Source of the DNA: a virus
Virus record (IMG/VR): IMGVR_UViG_3300038393_001851
Span: 2,145 to 66,144 of that record
Reading direction: 5' to 3' (one strand)
Length of the DNA stretch: 64,000 nt
Shown: positions 45,413-59,300 of the stretch, in pieces
Numbering within the stretch: the first letter of the stretch is position 1
Layout: every line of letters begins with the position of its first letter
The notes under the pieces: model-generated
The model's input: only the letters and a program-made list of their open reading frames with translations
Databases searched by the model: none
What the model was told of the DNA's origin: nothing
Translations under genes and position numbers: made by a program

Positions 45413-46167
45413 GTTCCGCGCTACCGGCGATTGGCACGATCGGGGGCCTGTGGGCCGCGAACAAGCAGCGAAAACAGGCCGAGAAGGCGCAGGACCAGGC
45501 CAATGCGCTGAACCAGCGTGCGCTCGATCTGCAGGAAAAGCAGATCGAGCAAAACTCGTACATGGGCGAGATCGCCAGGGACCAGTACGACGAGTACAAG
45601 AACCTCTACCGGCCGCTGGAGCGCCAGCTGGTGGCCGACGCATACGCCTTCGACACCCCGGCCAGTTACGAGAGGGCCGCCGCCGATGCCCAGGGCGCGG
45701 TGTCGTCGCAGCTCGGGCTGGCCCGCGAACGGCTGAACCGGCAGGTAGGCTATGACCCGTCCAGCGCAGCAGCCCAGCAAGCCAGTGCCAACATGGAGCT
45801 GCAGGGCGCAGCGCTCGGCGCGCAGGCGCAGAACGCGGCGCGCGAAGGCGTGCGCGACAAGGCTTGGGCGCGCAAGGTTGATGCCCTCGGGCTGGGCAAG
45901 GGGATGGTGGCCAACGCGTCGGCCAGCCTGGCCAACGCGGCGAGCGGTTATGGCTCCGCGGCCGGCAGGGCGGGCGATTTGGCCTACAACTCCCAGCGCC
46001 TGGCCGGTGCCCAATACGATCGCGCCGGGCAGACCGCAGGGAATGTCGGCGGGATGATCACCGGGCTGGGAAAACTCGGCCTGGACCTGTACCGGCAGTG
46101 GAACACGCCGGGCTATACCGGCATGACCTATTCCGACAACGGTGGTATTGATAACACCTTGTTCTAA
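45394..46167 (+). CDS. Internal virion (ejection) protein
   Basis: AAGGAG RBS; Ala/Gly/Gln-rich helical, podovirus position. Confidence 0.65.
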   Translation: MSLGFVSSALPAIGTIGGLWAANKQRKQAEKAQDQANALNQRALDLQEKQIEQNSYMGEIARDQYDEYKNLYRPLERQLVADAYAFDTPASYERAAADAQGAVSSQLGLARERLNRQVGYDPSSAAAQQASANMELQGAALGAQAQNAAREGVRDKAWARKVDALGLGKGMVANASASLANAASGYGSAAGRAGDLAYNSQRLAGAQYDRAGQTAGNVGGMITGLGKLGLDLYRQWNTPGYTGMTYSDNGGIDNTLF

Positions 46168-46184
46168 GGACCGAAGGGATCACC

Positions 46185-47315
46185 ATGGGCTTTGATTTGG
46201 GGATGGCCGCGTTGGCCTACAAGGGCGCGCAGGAAGAGGCAAAGCGGCTGCGCGACGAGGAATTCCTGCAGGCGCAGCGCGACTACTTGCGCGCCAACTG
46301 GGAAGCCGATGCGTCGTTGCGTGATCAGCGCACCGCTAACGCGCGCAAAACCCTGAACCTGCAGGGTCTGCAGACCGATGGCGCAATCGAGCTGCAGCCG
46401 GGAGAGACCGAGCTTGCGCTGACCAGGCAGCGTACCGCGCAAAGCGCGGCCGACAATGCCGCTACGATCCAGCCGGTGCTGAACCAAACCGCGAGCGAAC
46501 AGGCCGATACGGGACTCGTCAACGCGAAGACGGCCGGGGTCAAGGCCACCACCGGCAGGATGGCCGCCGACGCCGAGCACGAGGGCATGGCGCAGAAGAT
46601 CGAGGCCGCCGTCGCCGCTGGCCAGGCCGACGCCGACGCGATCCGCGACAACATGTTCGGCCACTTGTACGGCGAGCACCCGGACGGCGATTTCTCGAGT
46701 TCGGTCCGGCGCCTGCAGTTCGCCGCCGACAAGATGCCGCTGACCTTCCCCGAGCTGGCCGGCAAGCAGATCGGCAGCGCCAAGGGCGAGACGGACGCCG
46801 ATGGCAACAAGATGCTGGTAATCCGCGACAAGTCCGGCAAGGTGCTGATGCGGCAACCGGCGTCCGCGATGGCGACCGCCTACAACAGGATGGGCAAGGT
46901 CATGACGCTCAGCGACGGCCAGAACCTGTATCAGGTGAACGGGGGCCGGGCGACCCCGCTGACCAGCAACAAGAAGACGGTCGGCGCGGGTAGCAGGGGC
47001 GGCGTGGGCGGCAAGGGCCTGGGCGGCGTGCAGGGCGACCTGGTGCGCATGCTGCAGGAAGACGCCAAGGCGCGTGGCAAGCCGGTGCCCTCGGTGGACG
47101 AGGCGCTGCGAATGATCCATGCCAACCCGGAGGCCATGGCCACGCGCCTGAGCGCCAACGACTGGCGCCTTCCCGCTGCCAAGACCGACGAGGAGCGCAT
47201 GCGCTACATCAACCAGAACCGCGCTGCGGTTGGCCTGCCGCCGCTGGCCTCCCCCGGCCTGTCAGGGCTGGACCCGAAGACGCAGAGCATCATCAAGTCG
47301 GTGATCGGCAAATGA
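46185..47315 (+). CDS. Internal virion (ejection) protein
   Basis: Ala/Gln-rich; precedes giant gene. Confidence 0.6.
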   Translation: MGFDLGMAALAYKGAQEEAKRLRDEEFLQAQRDYLRANWEADASLRDQRTANARKTLNLQGLQTDGAIELQPGETELALTRQRTAQSAADNAATIQPVLNQTASEQADTGLVNAKTAGVKATTGRMAADAEHEGMAQKIEAAVAAGQADADAIRDNMFGHLYGEHPDGDFSSSVRRLQFAADKMPLTFPELAGKQIGSAKGETDADGNKMLVIRDKSGKVLMRQPASAMATAYNRMGKVMTLSDGQNLYQVNGGRATPLTSNKKTVGAGSRGGVGGKGLGGVQGDLVRMLQEDAKARGKPVPSVDEALRMIHANPEAMATRLSANDWRLPAAKTDEERMRYINQNRAAVGLPPLASPGLSGLDPKTQSIIKSVIGK

Positions 47316-47317
47316 CA

Positions 47318-47344
47318 GTCGAATAATCGCCCGCCCGCGAGAAT
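47318..47344 (+). promoter_or_regulatory. Late promoter motif 5
   Basis: GTCGAATAA-N12-GAGAAT. Confidence 0.7.
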
Positions 47345-47368
47345 CAGGGGACTCAACTCGCGGGGGCA

Positions 47369-50300
47369 ATGACGATGGCGACTGGCTGGCTCAACGACAA
47401 CGAACAGGGCAAGCCGCGCGCTCCCGAGACGGGCTGGCTGGGGGACGTGCAACCGAAACTGGAGCCGGCACCGGAGCCGGACAGCGAGGACGATAGCCCC
47501 GCCAGCATCGACCTGAGCGACCGCGCCTCGGTCGTCAACGCCGTCTACAACGCCATCATCAAGCAGGAGAGCGGCGGCAACGACCGGATCGGCAAGAGCG
47601 TGAATGGCGCCATCGGGCCGGGGCAGGTCATGCCCGGCACCTTCTCGCGCTTCGCCCGGCCGGGCGAAGTCATCACCAACCCCGCCGATAACCGCCGCGT
47701 CGCGCAGCGCTATGTGGACTACCTGTACGACAAGGCGGGCGGCGACCCGGCCAAGATGGCGGCCGGTTATTTCTCTGGCGAAGGCAACATCGGCACCCAC
47801 AGCCCGTTCAAGCAGGATCTGCGCGACGGCAACGGCACGCGGGTTTCGGCGTATGTGGCCAGCGTGATGCGCCGGCTGGGCCAAGGCGGCGACACGCCGA
47901 TCGAGGCGGCGCCGACCGAGGCGGCGCCCACGCAGGGGCCGACCTGGGCCGAGGTGACGAAGCGTGATGCGTTCCAGGCCCTGAGCGAGCCGCTGCGCGA
48001 AGTGGCGCGCGCCGAGTATTTCAACACGTACGTGGCGCCCAGCCTCGCGCCAGGCCAGCTGGAAGCCGCCAAGGCGGCCTTCATGGAGCAGAGCCGCGCG
48101 GCCGACTACCAGCCGCCCAGCCTGATGGACAAGGTGATCGGCGGGCTGAAGTCGGCCGGCGAAGACGTGTATCGCTGGGCCACGCACCATGGGAAACCGG
48201 CGCGCCCGTCCGTGCAGCCCGAGTACATGGCGCAGATGCGGCGCACCGCTGGCCCGGCGCAGAACTTCAATGCCAGCATGGAGCGGGACGACTACGCCCG
48301 TCAGTTCCTGGCGAATAACCCGCAGGCCAGCCAGGACGCGTTTGCGGTGGCGATGGCCCAATACGACCAGGCGCAGGCGGCACGCTCGAAGGAGCGGGCC
48401 GAGCGCGCGCAGGACCGTTCCAAGCAGCCCGTCCCGTCGCCCGAGGAGTTCTTCAACGCCCGCCTGACCAAAAAACTGCAGAGGCACAGCGAGAAGGTGC
48501 CCGCGATCGTCCCGCCACTGCCAGGCTACACGCCCCCGGATCCGGAGAATTGGGCGCCGCGCAACCGTGGCCATGCGATCCCGGCCGAACTGGCCGGTAA
48601 CGCCGTGGGGCAGTACTTGAACACGGCAATGGGGGTTTTGGCCACCTATAACGCGATGATCGGGAACGACGAGGAGGCGGCGAAGTGGGACAAGGCCCGC
48701 GCCGACGTCGCCAAGAGGCTGCGCGAAGACGTCGGTGGCGAAACCATCCCGAACCGTGTGGCCGGGATGGTGGGCGGGGTGTCGCCAGCCTTGGCGGCGC
48801 CCGAGGCACTGGTGGGGCAACTGTTTTCGAACGCGGGGCTGTTTGCCATCCCGGCGTTCCGGGATACCTACAAGGCCAAGATCGCGCAGGGCCAAAGCCC
48901 CGGATTGGCGGCGGCCCATGCGCTGGAAGTGGCCTCGGTCCTGCTGGCGGCACCGACTGTCGCGACCAAGGGGACCGCCGCGCTGCTCGGCAAGGCAGCC
49001 GAACCAGGCGCGGCCGGCGTGGGGGCGGCGGCCAAGCAGCTCGGCGCGGCGGGTGCCGAGGGGGTGGCCTTTTCGGCGGCGAATACGGCTCTCGACAAGG
49101 GCACCGACTTGCTGGCCGGGCAAAAGAATGACAATCCATGGTTCGACCCGGAGGACATGAAGGTGGCGGCGGGCGGTTTTGCTGCCCTGCGCTCGCCGCG
49201 TGCGCTCGGTATTGCGCTGACCCCATCCGAGGCAAAGCCGCGCGCGCGCACGCTGGACGATGAACTGGCCGATGAGGGTTTTGTCGACCTGGCCGGCCGC
49301 GATGGGACGGGCCGCCGCCCCAGCATGACGGCGCCGCGCCTGACGAATGGCGCCGAACCGCCGTCAGGCGCGCGCGCCGAGCCGACCATGGGGGAGGCGC
49401 CCGAGACCCCGGCGGCCGGGGATGGCCGGGTCGAACCGACCTTGGACGATAACTTTGCGGCCGGCCTGTCGCCCGAGCAGCAGGCGGCTGACGCCAAGGC
49501 GCGCGCCGCGTTCGCCGACCAGACCGGAGACCAGCCGGAGGGGCACGACCAGCTGGCCGCGCAGCTGCTCGACGCCCAGCAGCAGTTCATGGAGGCCTAT
49601 CGCAGCGGCGACAAGGGCAAGTTCGACGAACTGCGCCAGAGCCTGACGCAGACCTTCCTGCCGCTGCTGGGGCCGGACAAGACGGCCGACTACGTGACCC
49701 ACCTGGTGGACGAGGGCGGCCTGCGCAACGGCGCCGGGATCAGTCATCCCCTGTTCGACGAGGCGGGCACCGCGCTCGATGAACAGGCCAAGGGGGAGAC
49801 GCCCGCGACTCCCCCTGTCGCGGAGAAGCCGGCCGCGGACACCTGGCAGGCCTCGCCGTTCGCCCCGCGCATCCAGAAGATGCTGGACGAGCTGCGCGCG
49901 GCGGGCCTGGACGACTACGCCAAGGCGATCGAGAGCGGCGTGCGTGGAGACGCCAAAAACGGCAAGCTGTCCGAGGAAAACACCGCCTTCCGCGAGCGCA
50001 AAACGGCCGAGTGGCTGCTGGCCAAGGCCAACGAAGGCAAGCCGCTGCCAGAGGCCCAGATCGAGCCGATGACGCCCGAGAAGCTGGTCGAGCTGTCGCC
50101 CACGGCGGGGACGCTGCCCAAGCCGATTGTGGATGCGGCGGTGGCGAGGTGGAACGAAGAGGCCCCCAAGCTGGCCAAGCTGGGCTACAAGTACGGGCAG
50201 GTCAACAACGGCCACGCGCCCGAGGCCGTGCAGCAGCACAAGAAGCTCATCGACATTCACATGGCGCTGGAGGGGCTGGCCGCGCGCCGCTACCAGCAGG

Positions 50301-53300
50301 CACGCGGGCACAAGAATCTCAACCCGGACGCGGTGCAGCGCAATGAAGACCGCGCCAGCCAAGTGCTGGGGATCGACACCCGCGCCCATCCGGGGGTGGA
50401 CACCAGCCGCCCGATCACGCTGGGCGCGGGGGTACGCGATCCGGATTGGAAGCCGCTGAAGGGCAAGAAGCCGAAGACGGAGAAGGAGGCCAAGGACCGC
50501 CGCACTGACCTGATGGCGCGGGTCAATGCACTGACCTCGGACGATGTACACGAGCTGCAGGAGCTCATGGGCTTGGGCAAGGGCTATCTCCCGACCAAGC
50601 AGCAGATCAAGCACATCAAGGAGGCCGGGCCGGACGCAATTGAAAAAGGGTTTAAGGCGATCGAGGCCAAGCGCGCGTGGGAAAACGGCATCGCCAAGGC
50701 CGGGGAGAAGTACGGGTTGGTCAAGGTGGACCATCCCGGCAAAATGGGGGTGAACCTGGCGCTGCGCGCGGACAACCAGGCGCCGTTCATCCAGCTCAAT
50801 GCAATGGGAATGAGCGGGGATCATTGGCAATTGCGCCCGCACGGCCTGACGCGCGTCGACCTTAACAAAAAGTGGGGGTGGGAGGACGAGTACAAAACCC
50901 CGACGCTCGATCAGGCTTTGAAAGTGGCGAGCGACATGCTGCGCGAGGACGCCGATACCACACTGCCGGATGAGCAGCTCAAGGCCAACCGCGCTCGTCG
51001 TCGCTCGGAAAGCGATGCGTTTGGCGAAAAGCTGCGGCAAGAGATCGACGCCGAGATCGCCAAGATCGAACGCGAGCGGGAGGCCAAGGCACCGGCGCAC
51101 ACCAAATACACGTTCAAGCGCCTGCTGGACTGGAAGACGCCCGGTCTGCCGAACATCGAGATCCCCGAGGCGCTGGCGGCCAAGGTGCAAGAAACGCTGC
51201 GCACCCGGCCGGATGCCTACAAGCTCAAGAAGCACAGCGATGGCGACACCCGGCTCGACCTGCCGAACGGGGCGCAGATGGCGGTGCACCCGAACGGCGA
51301 GGTAGAACTGCTGGGGGATGCCGAGCACCGCTGGGGCTCGACCATGACCAAGGCCAGCATCAAGCGCACCTTGGAAGGCTGGCTGAAGAACCTGCCGCCG
51401 AAGCCGGACGTGATGCCCGCCGAGCCGGAAGACCTTCTCGCTACGCATACGGCTCAGTTGCAAGCGTCGATCATGCGCAAGCGCGAGATCTTGCGCGAAC
51501 AAGGCCAGCTGGTGGTCCCGCATCCGACCGAGGACGAGCTGCGCAAGGGCGCTGCAGCCATCATGCCGGTCCCGTTCTTCCACATCGCCGGCATGACCGA
51601 GACGGTGGTATACAAACCCCGCGCTGACGGCCTGCCGGAAGCGCCGGGGGGGCGGACCCATGTGTCCGCTCAGCGGTATGAGAACGGCAAGGCGGACCGC
51701 TGGGTGCCGTTCCAGTCGCACCGGATTGATGTTGTCCTGCGCGACGGGAAGCCCTACGCGGTCGAACGGATTTGGGGCGATCCCGAAATGTCGGTGCTGA
51801 AGCCGATCACGGTGCTGGAGAGCGCACCGGGCGGCAAGCCCGAGAAGGCGGCCAAGGCCAAGAAGGAGAAGGAGAAGCCGGAAGTCGACCCCGCCACGAT
51901 CAAGGTGTCGCCGGACTCGCTGTACCAGCCGACGCATAAGTTGTTCGCACGCTTTGCCGAGTTCAAGGTGGATACCCCTTACGGTAAGGATATGCCGGTG
52001 TCATTGTCGGGAGCATTCAATCCGGCAAATTACGAGGCAATCTACGGCGAGCCGGGGGGCATCATCAATGTGCGCACGCCCGTTCCCAATGCTGACGGCA
52101 GCTGGGGGTCGAACGAGCGCGCCGGGGTGATGTACAAGGGCGTGCTGACCTTGGAGCACGCCAAGGACATCGCACGCCGGATCATCGAAGAGGCCTTCGC
52201 CAACCAACCGAAGGGCGGCGCCAAGCCGGCGCAAACGCTGGTCGAGCACCTGCGCGACAAGATCCTGGCCAATGAAATGCCGAAGGACAACGCGGCGCTG
52301 CGCAAGATCGTCGCGGACTTCACCAAGAAGGAAGTGACCCCGGCGCGCATGAAACAGGCGCAGGAGGAGCTGGAGGCGGCGATCGTGAGCGTGGCGCGCG
52401 GCATCGTGGCCAAGAAAGAGGGCGACCGCAGCACCTTCGACGTGCTGCTGCGCCTGTACAACTCGCAGCCCAACCTGAACGTGCGCACCAGTACCAGCGT
52501 GTCCAACCAGGCCTACAGCACGCCGGCCCCGCTGGCGTACCTGGCTTCGCGCCTGGCCGGGATCGGGCCGAAGACGAAGGTGCTGGAGCCGACCGCCGGC
52601 ACCGGCATGCTGCTGATCGGCGCCGACCCGAAGAACGTCACCGCAAACGAACTCAACCCGGAGCGCGCCGCGCTGCTGCGCCGGCTGGGCTTCAACCCGT
52701 CCGAGAAGGACGCGACGACCGAAAACCTGCGCCACGCCGGCTATCCGGTCGATGCGGTTATTGCCAACCCGCCTTTTGGCTCGATTAAAAACGCCAGCGG
52801 CAAAACCGAAAAGCGCGCGATTGACGGATACAAGATTGGCAAGATTGACCATTTGATTGCGGCGCGTGCGCTCGATGCAATGAAGGATGACGGCCGCGCC
52901 GTGCTGATTCTCGGCGCCGATAAAGTGGCGGGCGGCGTCAGTACCGACGACCGCATTTTCATGAATTGGCTGTACAGCCATTACAATGTCACTGGACATT
53001 TCGAAGTGGACGGCGGCCTGTATCAGCGCCAAGGTGCAGGCTGGCCGGTCCGTGTTATTTCGATTAATGGCCGCGTGGCGTCGAATAAGGTGTCACCCCG
53101 CGCCGGGGAAATCCCGCGCGCCATGACGTGGAGCGAGGTATATGACCAGTACACCAAGGCTTTGGACGCCGCGAAGTCCGATGACCGAAACGCAACGCGC
53201 AGCCCTGACCGTGGAAGCAAACCCCGAGCAGGCGATGGACTATCAACTCCACCTGTCGCTGATGGAACAAAAGTTCCGCAAGCTGATTCAGGCCGACCCG

Positions 53301-56300
53301 AAGGAGGCGCAGGCGGCAATGGAAATGTCGGCGGAAGGCGCGCCGGAGCTGTGGACCATCGCGGCGACGGAGCCGATGAAAGCCTGGCCGGCGCAACTGG
53401 CCAACAGCGAGGTGATCTTGAACCTCCTGCGTCTGATCGACTGGAATCTGGAGAACCAGCCGGGGGCGCGACCGACGCCGCCGGAACCGATCTCGCTGCG
53501 GGAGATTCTGGAAGAAATGCTGTAGCCGGCGACGAAGACCTGGGGGCCATGTTCGACGAGATCATGGCCGAGGAGGACGCCAAACTCGCGCCCAGCGGCG
53601 CGGAATCTGCCGTTGGCGGGGGCGGGAAAGGTGGTGGCGGGGGCAAGGGCCGCGCGCCGGCCGCCGCTCCGCGCGAGCGCCCGCCACGCCCGGCCAGCGA
53701 GGCCGCAGCAAGCGCCGCGCGCAATTCGGCCAAGGCGTTCGATGAAGCGATCGACGCCCTGGGAAAACTGTTTTCTGACCCCGGCTCGCTCGGGTCCGGC
53801 CCGGTCTTCAACGAGGAGACCTACGCCCGCGCCAAACCACTTTTTGAGAAGGCCATCGCGCACCTGAAAGAGGCGTGGTCCGACATCAGGGAAGCGATGC
53901 GGGCCGTGATCAAGGCTTTGCGCGAGCGCTTCGGCGCGCAGACAACTGCGCGCATGCGTGAGTACGTGGTGCGCTTCGTGGAGGAGGTGCGCGGGCGCGA
54001 GCGCCAGAAGGCGTCCGAGAAGGACGCCGATCTGGACAACCCGTACCAGGTGCCCTACACCCCGCGCTCGGCCGTCAAGGACCGCGATGTTCTGATCCCG
54101 AAGAACATGGCCGACCCACTGCAGCACGCGCTGGACCGGCTGGAAGACGCGGTGGGGGATATCGACGCCTACGCCGCGCGCGAGCTGGGCTACCCGGACA
54201 CCGACGCGCTGCACAAGGCCCTGATGGGGCTGCAGGTCGATTCGGTGGCCTCCGCGATCTACCAGATCGGCCGCGGCAAGGCCGTGGTGATCGCGGACCA
54301 GACCGGCATCGGCAAGGGCCGCCAGGCCGCCTCGATCATCCGCTGGGCCGCCAAGAACGGTCACGTACCGATCTTCTTTTCGTACAAGCCGGAGCTGTTC
54401 AGCGACATGTACGGCGACCTGGCCGATATCGGCAGCGACGATATCGAGCCGCTGATCATGAACGTGGACCGTTGGATCAGCGGACCGGGAGGGGAGAAGC
54501 TGTACGCCAACAAGGCCGGTGAGCACCGCAACGTGCTGCGCCAGATTGTCGATACCGGGCGCCTGCCGGAGGGGCGCAACGCGCTGTTCTCGACCTACTC
54601 GCAGATCAACGTGGCCAACCTGCAGCGCGATGTGATCACGGCGCTGGCCGACCGCGCCGTCTTCATCTTGGACGAGTCGCACAACGCGGGCGGGGACTCC
54701 AACACCGGCCATTTCATCACTGGCGTGCTGGGGCCGGCAAAAGGCGTGGTGTACCTGTCTGCCACCTTCGCCAAGCGGCCGGACAACATGCCGCTGTACT
54801 TCAAGACCGACATTGGCGACGCGATTCAGGACGACGATACCCTGCAAAACGCGATGGCGGCGGGCGGCCTGGCGCTGCAGACGGTGGTGTCGAACAACCT
54901 GGTCGCGGCCGGCCAAATGTTCCGGCGCGAGCGCAGCTTCGCCGGGATCGAGTTCAAGACCCGCACGGACGTCGCCCACACCGACCAGCACGAGGCGACT
55001 GCGGACAAGGTGACGTCGGCCTTGCGCGCGATTGTCGAAGCCGACAGGATGTTCCACGAGAACTACTTCAAGGCGCTTCAGGACGAGCTGGCGGCGGCCG
55101 GCGCGACGGCGGAGGCGGCCGGCAACGAGGCGCAGGCCAGCGTGGACCACATCGAGTTTTCCAGCGTGGTGCATAACTTTGTGCGCCAGTTGTTGCTCGG
55201 GCTGAAGGCAGATACGGCGGCCGACGCAGCGATCGCGGCGCTCAAGGCGGGCAAGAAACCGTTGATTGCGCTGGAAAACACGATGGGGTCGTTCCTGGCC
55301 AACTACGCCCAAGAGAACATGCTGCGGGCCGGGGACAAGCTGGGCCGCTTCGACTACCGCAACGTGCTGTCGCGCGCGCTGGAACGCACCCGCTACGTTC
55401 AGGAAAAAGATGAGCGGGGCAACAAGCTGCCCAAGCGCTCGATCCCGCTGTCCGAACTGGATCCGGTGACGCGCCGCGCGTACGTAGAGGCGCAAAGCGT
55501 GATCGACGCCCTCGATATCGGGGATATCCCGGTGTCGCCGATCGACTGGATGCGCCACCGCCTGACCGCCGCAGGCTACACGGTGGCCGAGATTACCGGG
55601 CGCGGTTTGGCGGTGGACTACAGCGGCAAGGAGCCGAAGCTGGCCGCCGTCCCGGAGCACGAGCGCAACGACAAGACCGCGACCACGCGCGCCTTCAACG
55701 GCGGCACGCTGGACGCGATCATTCTGAATGTGGCCGGGTCGACGGGTATCAGCCTGCACGCGTCGGAGAAGTTTGCCGACCAGCGCGCGCGCCACATGAT
55801 CGTGGTGCAGCCGGCGCAGGATATCAATGTGTTTATGCAGATGCTGGGGCGCCCGAACCGCACCGGCCAAGTGGTCAAGCCATCCTATGATGTGCTGAGC
55901 GTGAACCTGCCGAGCGAGAAGCGCCCGACCGCGCTGCTGGCCAAGAAAATGAAGTCGCTGAACGCGAACACGTCCAGCAATACCGAGTCGGCCACCTCGG
56001 TCAAGGCGCTGGACATGCTCAACAAGTACGGCGACCAGGTGGTGGGCCAGTATTTGGCCGACAACTTCGAATTGAGCCGTTCCCTGAATATCCTCGATCC
56101 GCTCGACGCCAAAGGCAACGCGGTTCCCGACGTCGCGCGCAAGGCCACCGGGCGCCTGGCACTGCTGCCGGTGGAAGTGCAAAAGCAGGTGTACGCCGAT
56201 CTGGAGGACCAGTACGAGACCCTGATCGAATACCTGAACAGGACCAACCAGAACGACCTGGAGCCGCGCACGTTCGACTTGGACGCCCGCGAAACCAGGT

Positions 56301-59300
56301 CGCAGGTCATGTACCAGGGGCGCGACCCGAGCACGCCGTTTGGCGAAGATGCGGTGTACGGCGAATATTCGATCAAGGCGCAGGGCAAGCCGATGACGCC
56401 CGACGAAATCACCGCCGAGATCACCGGGAACCTGAACGGCCAGACCTCGCTGCAGCATGCCGAGGCGATCGTGGCGAAGATGCGCGCCGACTGGATCGAC
56501 GGGATCGTGCAAGCACGCGCGCGCAATGGGCTGGGAGAGACGTACGACGAGGAGCGCTACCGGGCCGCGCTGAAGGCGGCCGGGTATAGCGAAGATACGA
56601 TCACCATGATGGCGGCCACCGCACGCGGGTGGTATGCATCCGGCAAACAGCCGTCCGTATCGGACTTTGCCAACAGCCTGGCAAGGGCGCCGCTGCCGCC
56701 GGGCGGCACCCGCGTGCAGGACTTCGTGTACGACCACAAGATCGGGACTGCCTGGCGCGTCGATATCAACGGCGAGGTCTACAATGCGGTGATCACCAAT
56801 ATCCGCAGCACGCACAAGGGAACCGGCAGTCCGTACGCGATGAGCAAGGTGCAGGTGACGCTTGCGCTGAACGGCGCGCTGCGCCAGGTGACGCTGCCGG
56901 CCACGCAGTGGGCGCGCATCGAGGTGACCGGGGAGGGGCCGGTCGGGCCGCTCACGATCGGCAAGATGTTCGCAGTGCGCGCGACGAACGAGCGCGACAC
57001 GGCCAAGATCATCACAGGCAACCTGCTGGCGGCCTATGGCGAACTGCGCGGCACGCGCGGCACCATCATCCACTTCACGAAGGCCGATGGCACGATCGCG
57101 CAGGGGATCCTGCTGCCCCGGTCGTTCGACCCGGCGCTCAACCTGGCCAACGACTATCCGCTGCCCACCGCCGCGGCGGCGGCCAAGTTCCTGCGCGAGT
57201 CGACCAACCCGGCGATTACTGACATCGGCATCGCCAACCGCGACCAGACCGTGCGGGTGGTGCCGGACGGGCGCGGCGGGATCACGATTCGCGTGCCGAA
57301 GTCGAAGGCGGCGGGCGGCAAGTACTTCCTGGATAAGCCGCTCTTGGTCGTGACCGGCGACTTCGTGACCCAAGGCCGGTTCATGCAGGTGGACGTGCCG
57401 GCCGCCCGCGTGGTGCAGGCGCTTGATGCGCTGATGAAGAAGACGGCGCTGTACGCGGCGCCCTCGATGAAGGACGAGGCGCGCCAGATCCTGGGCGACC
57501 CGGAGCAGGTGATGCAGGATCTGCCGGACGACACCGGACCCCCGCAGGGCGGGCGCGACCAGCTCGTATGGACGCCGCCCACGGTGCCGGAACCGAAGCG
57601 GGTGGCCACGCTGGCCAAGCTCAAGCAACTGAAGGCCAAGCGCGAAGCCGGCAAGCTGACCGACGCCGAATTTGCGCTGGCCGTGTCGGACCTGATCAAG
57701 GATCTGGAGGACCGCAACGAGACCAAGCAAACGCGCAAGGCAATCAAGGAATGGACCGAACGCGAGCGCGGCGAGCTGTGGATTCGCGAGCGCCTGATCC
57801 GCGCGCGCCGCAAGGGCGAGCTGGACCCGGAGACGGTCAAGTTCGCGCTGTGGGCGCTGGACCAGAACCCGAACCTGGCGCACGACCTGGGTATCAGCAT
57901 CCGCGGCGAGAGCGGGCGCGGCAGCGCGGGCGAGTACAACCCGTTCAGCCGGGTGATCTCGCTGTTCACGGCCGGCGCCAACGACGGCACGGCGGTCCAC
58001 GAGATCCTGCACCACGCCGAGCGCATGATGCCCGCCGAGGTGCGCAAGGGGATTCTGCGCGAATACGCGCGGACGATGGCCCGGTTCCTGATGACGGCCA
58101 CGCCCGAGCAGCAGGCGGCGCTGGCCGACCTGATCGCCGCCTCGATGGGCGACCCCGAGGCGCGCCAACGGGCGCAGCAGGCGTTCCGCGACGGCACCCT
58201 CAACAAGGACGAACACTACCAGTTCACCAACGCCTCCGAATTCTGGGCGGAGAACGCGACCCGGATTCTGGGCGACCGCTTTGCGGCGGCCGGCAAGTCG
58301 TGGGTGGCGCGTGCGCGCCAGTGGCTGCGCGAGCTGTGGGAGAAGGTGAAAGGCTGGCTGGGCAAGAAGTCGGACGCGGCGGTGCTGGCCGGCCTGAAGG
58401 CGGTGATGGAGAGCGACGGCACCCAGCTCCACCCCCACATGCTGGCCAACGCGGACCGCTTCGAGGCCTGGAACAAGATGCGCGACGGGTACAGCCCGTA
58501 TGTCGGGGTCGAGGTCACGAAGATCCCGTCAACCCCGATCGGCGGTTCGCTACGCAAGGTGTTCGTGCCGGCCTCGCGCGGGCCGGTGGCCGAGGAAATG
58601 GCCGGGATCATCCGCGCCAACCTGGGCCAGCAGGCGCGCGAGCGTGAACTGGCCCTCGACCACCTGAAGCAGTTCGCGGCGATGTTCGACCGCCTGCCGG
58701 TGGCCGACAGCTACCAGTTCATCGCGCAGATGGAAGCCGGGGCGCCGCACGGCAATGCCAAGCTGACCGAGGCCGCCACGGCGCTGCGCAAGCTGCTGGA
58801 CGAGCGCCGCGACGCGGTGATCGCGCTGGGCAAGGGCCAACTCGAGAACTTCAACGCCAACTACTTCCCGCATATCTGGAAGCAGAAACGCAGCGCCATG
58901 GACTTCTTCGGGCGCCGCTCGCTGGAGGGCAAGAAGGACTTCCTCAAGCAGCGCACCTACGACACGTTCGCGGCGGGCCTGGCGGCCGGCCTGACGCCGA
59001 TCACCACCAATCCGGTCGAGCTGACCCTGCTGAAGGCGCGCGAGATGGACCGCTATATCTATGGCCAGCGCATTTTCGCCGAGATGAAGCTGGCCGGGTT
59101 TGCCCGCTTCGTCCGGTTCGGCGCCAAGCCCCCGGTGGGCTGGGTCAAGATCAACGACAAGATTGCGAAGGTGCGCCAGTACTCGGCCGTCGAGAAGGGC
59201 TTTGTCGATCGCGGCGACTACTACGCGCCCGAGCCGGCCGCGACCCTGATCAACAACCACCTGTCCAAGGGACTTACCGGCATCGGCGCATTCGACCTGT

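Noticed and set aside
53288-58438. 1716-aa antisense ORF and other long minus-strand ORFs over structural genes
   Set aside because: Shadow frames expected from high-GC codon bias; no motifs
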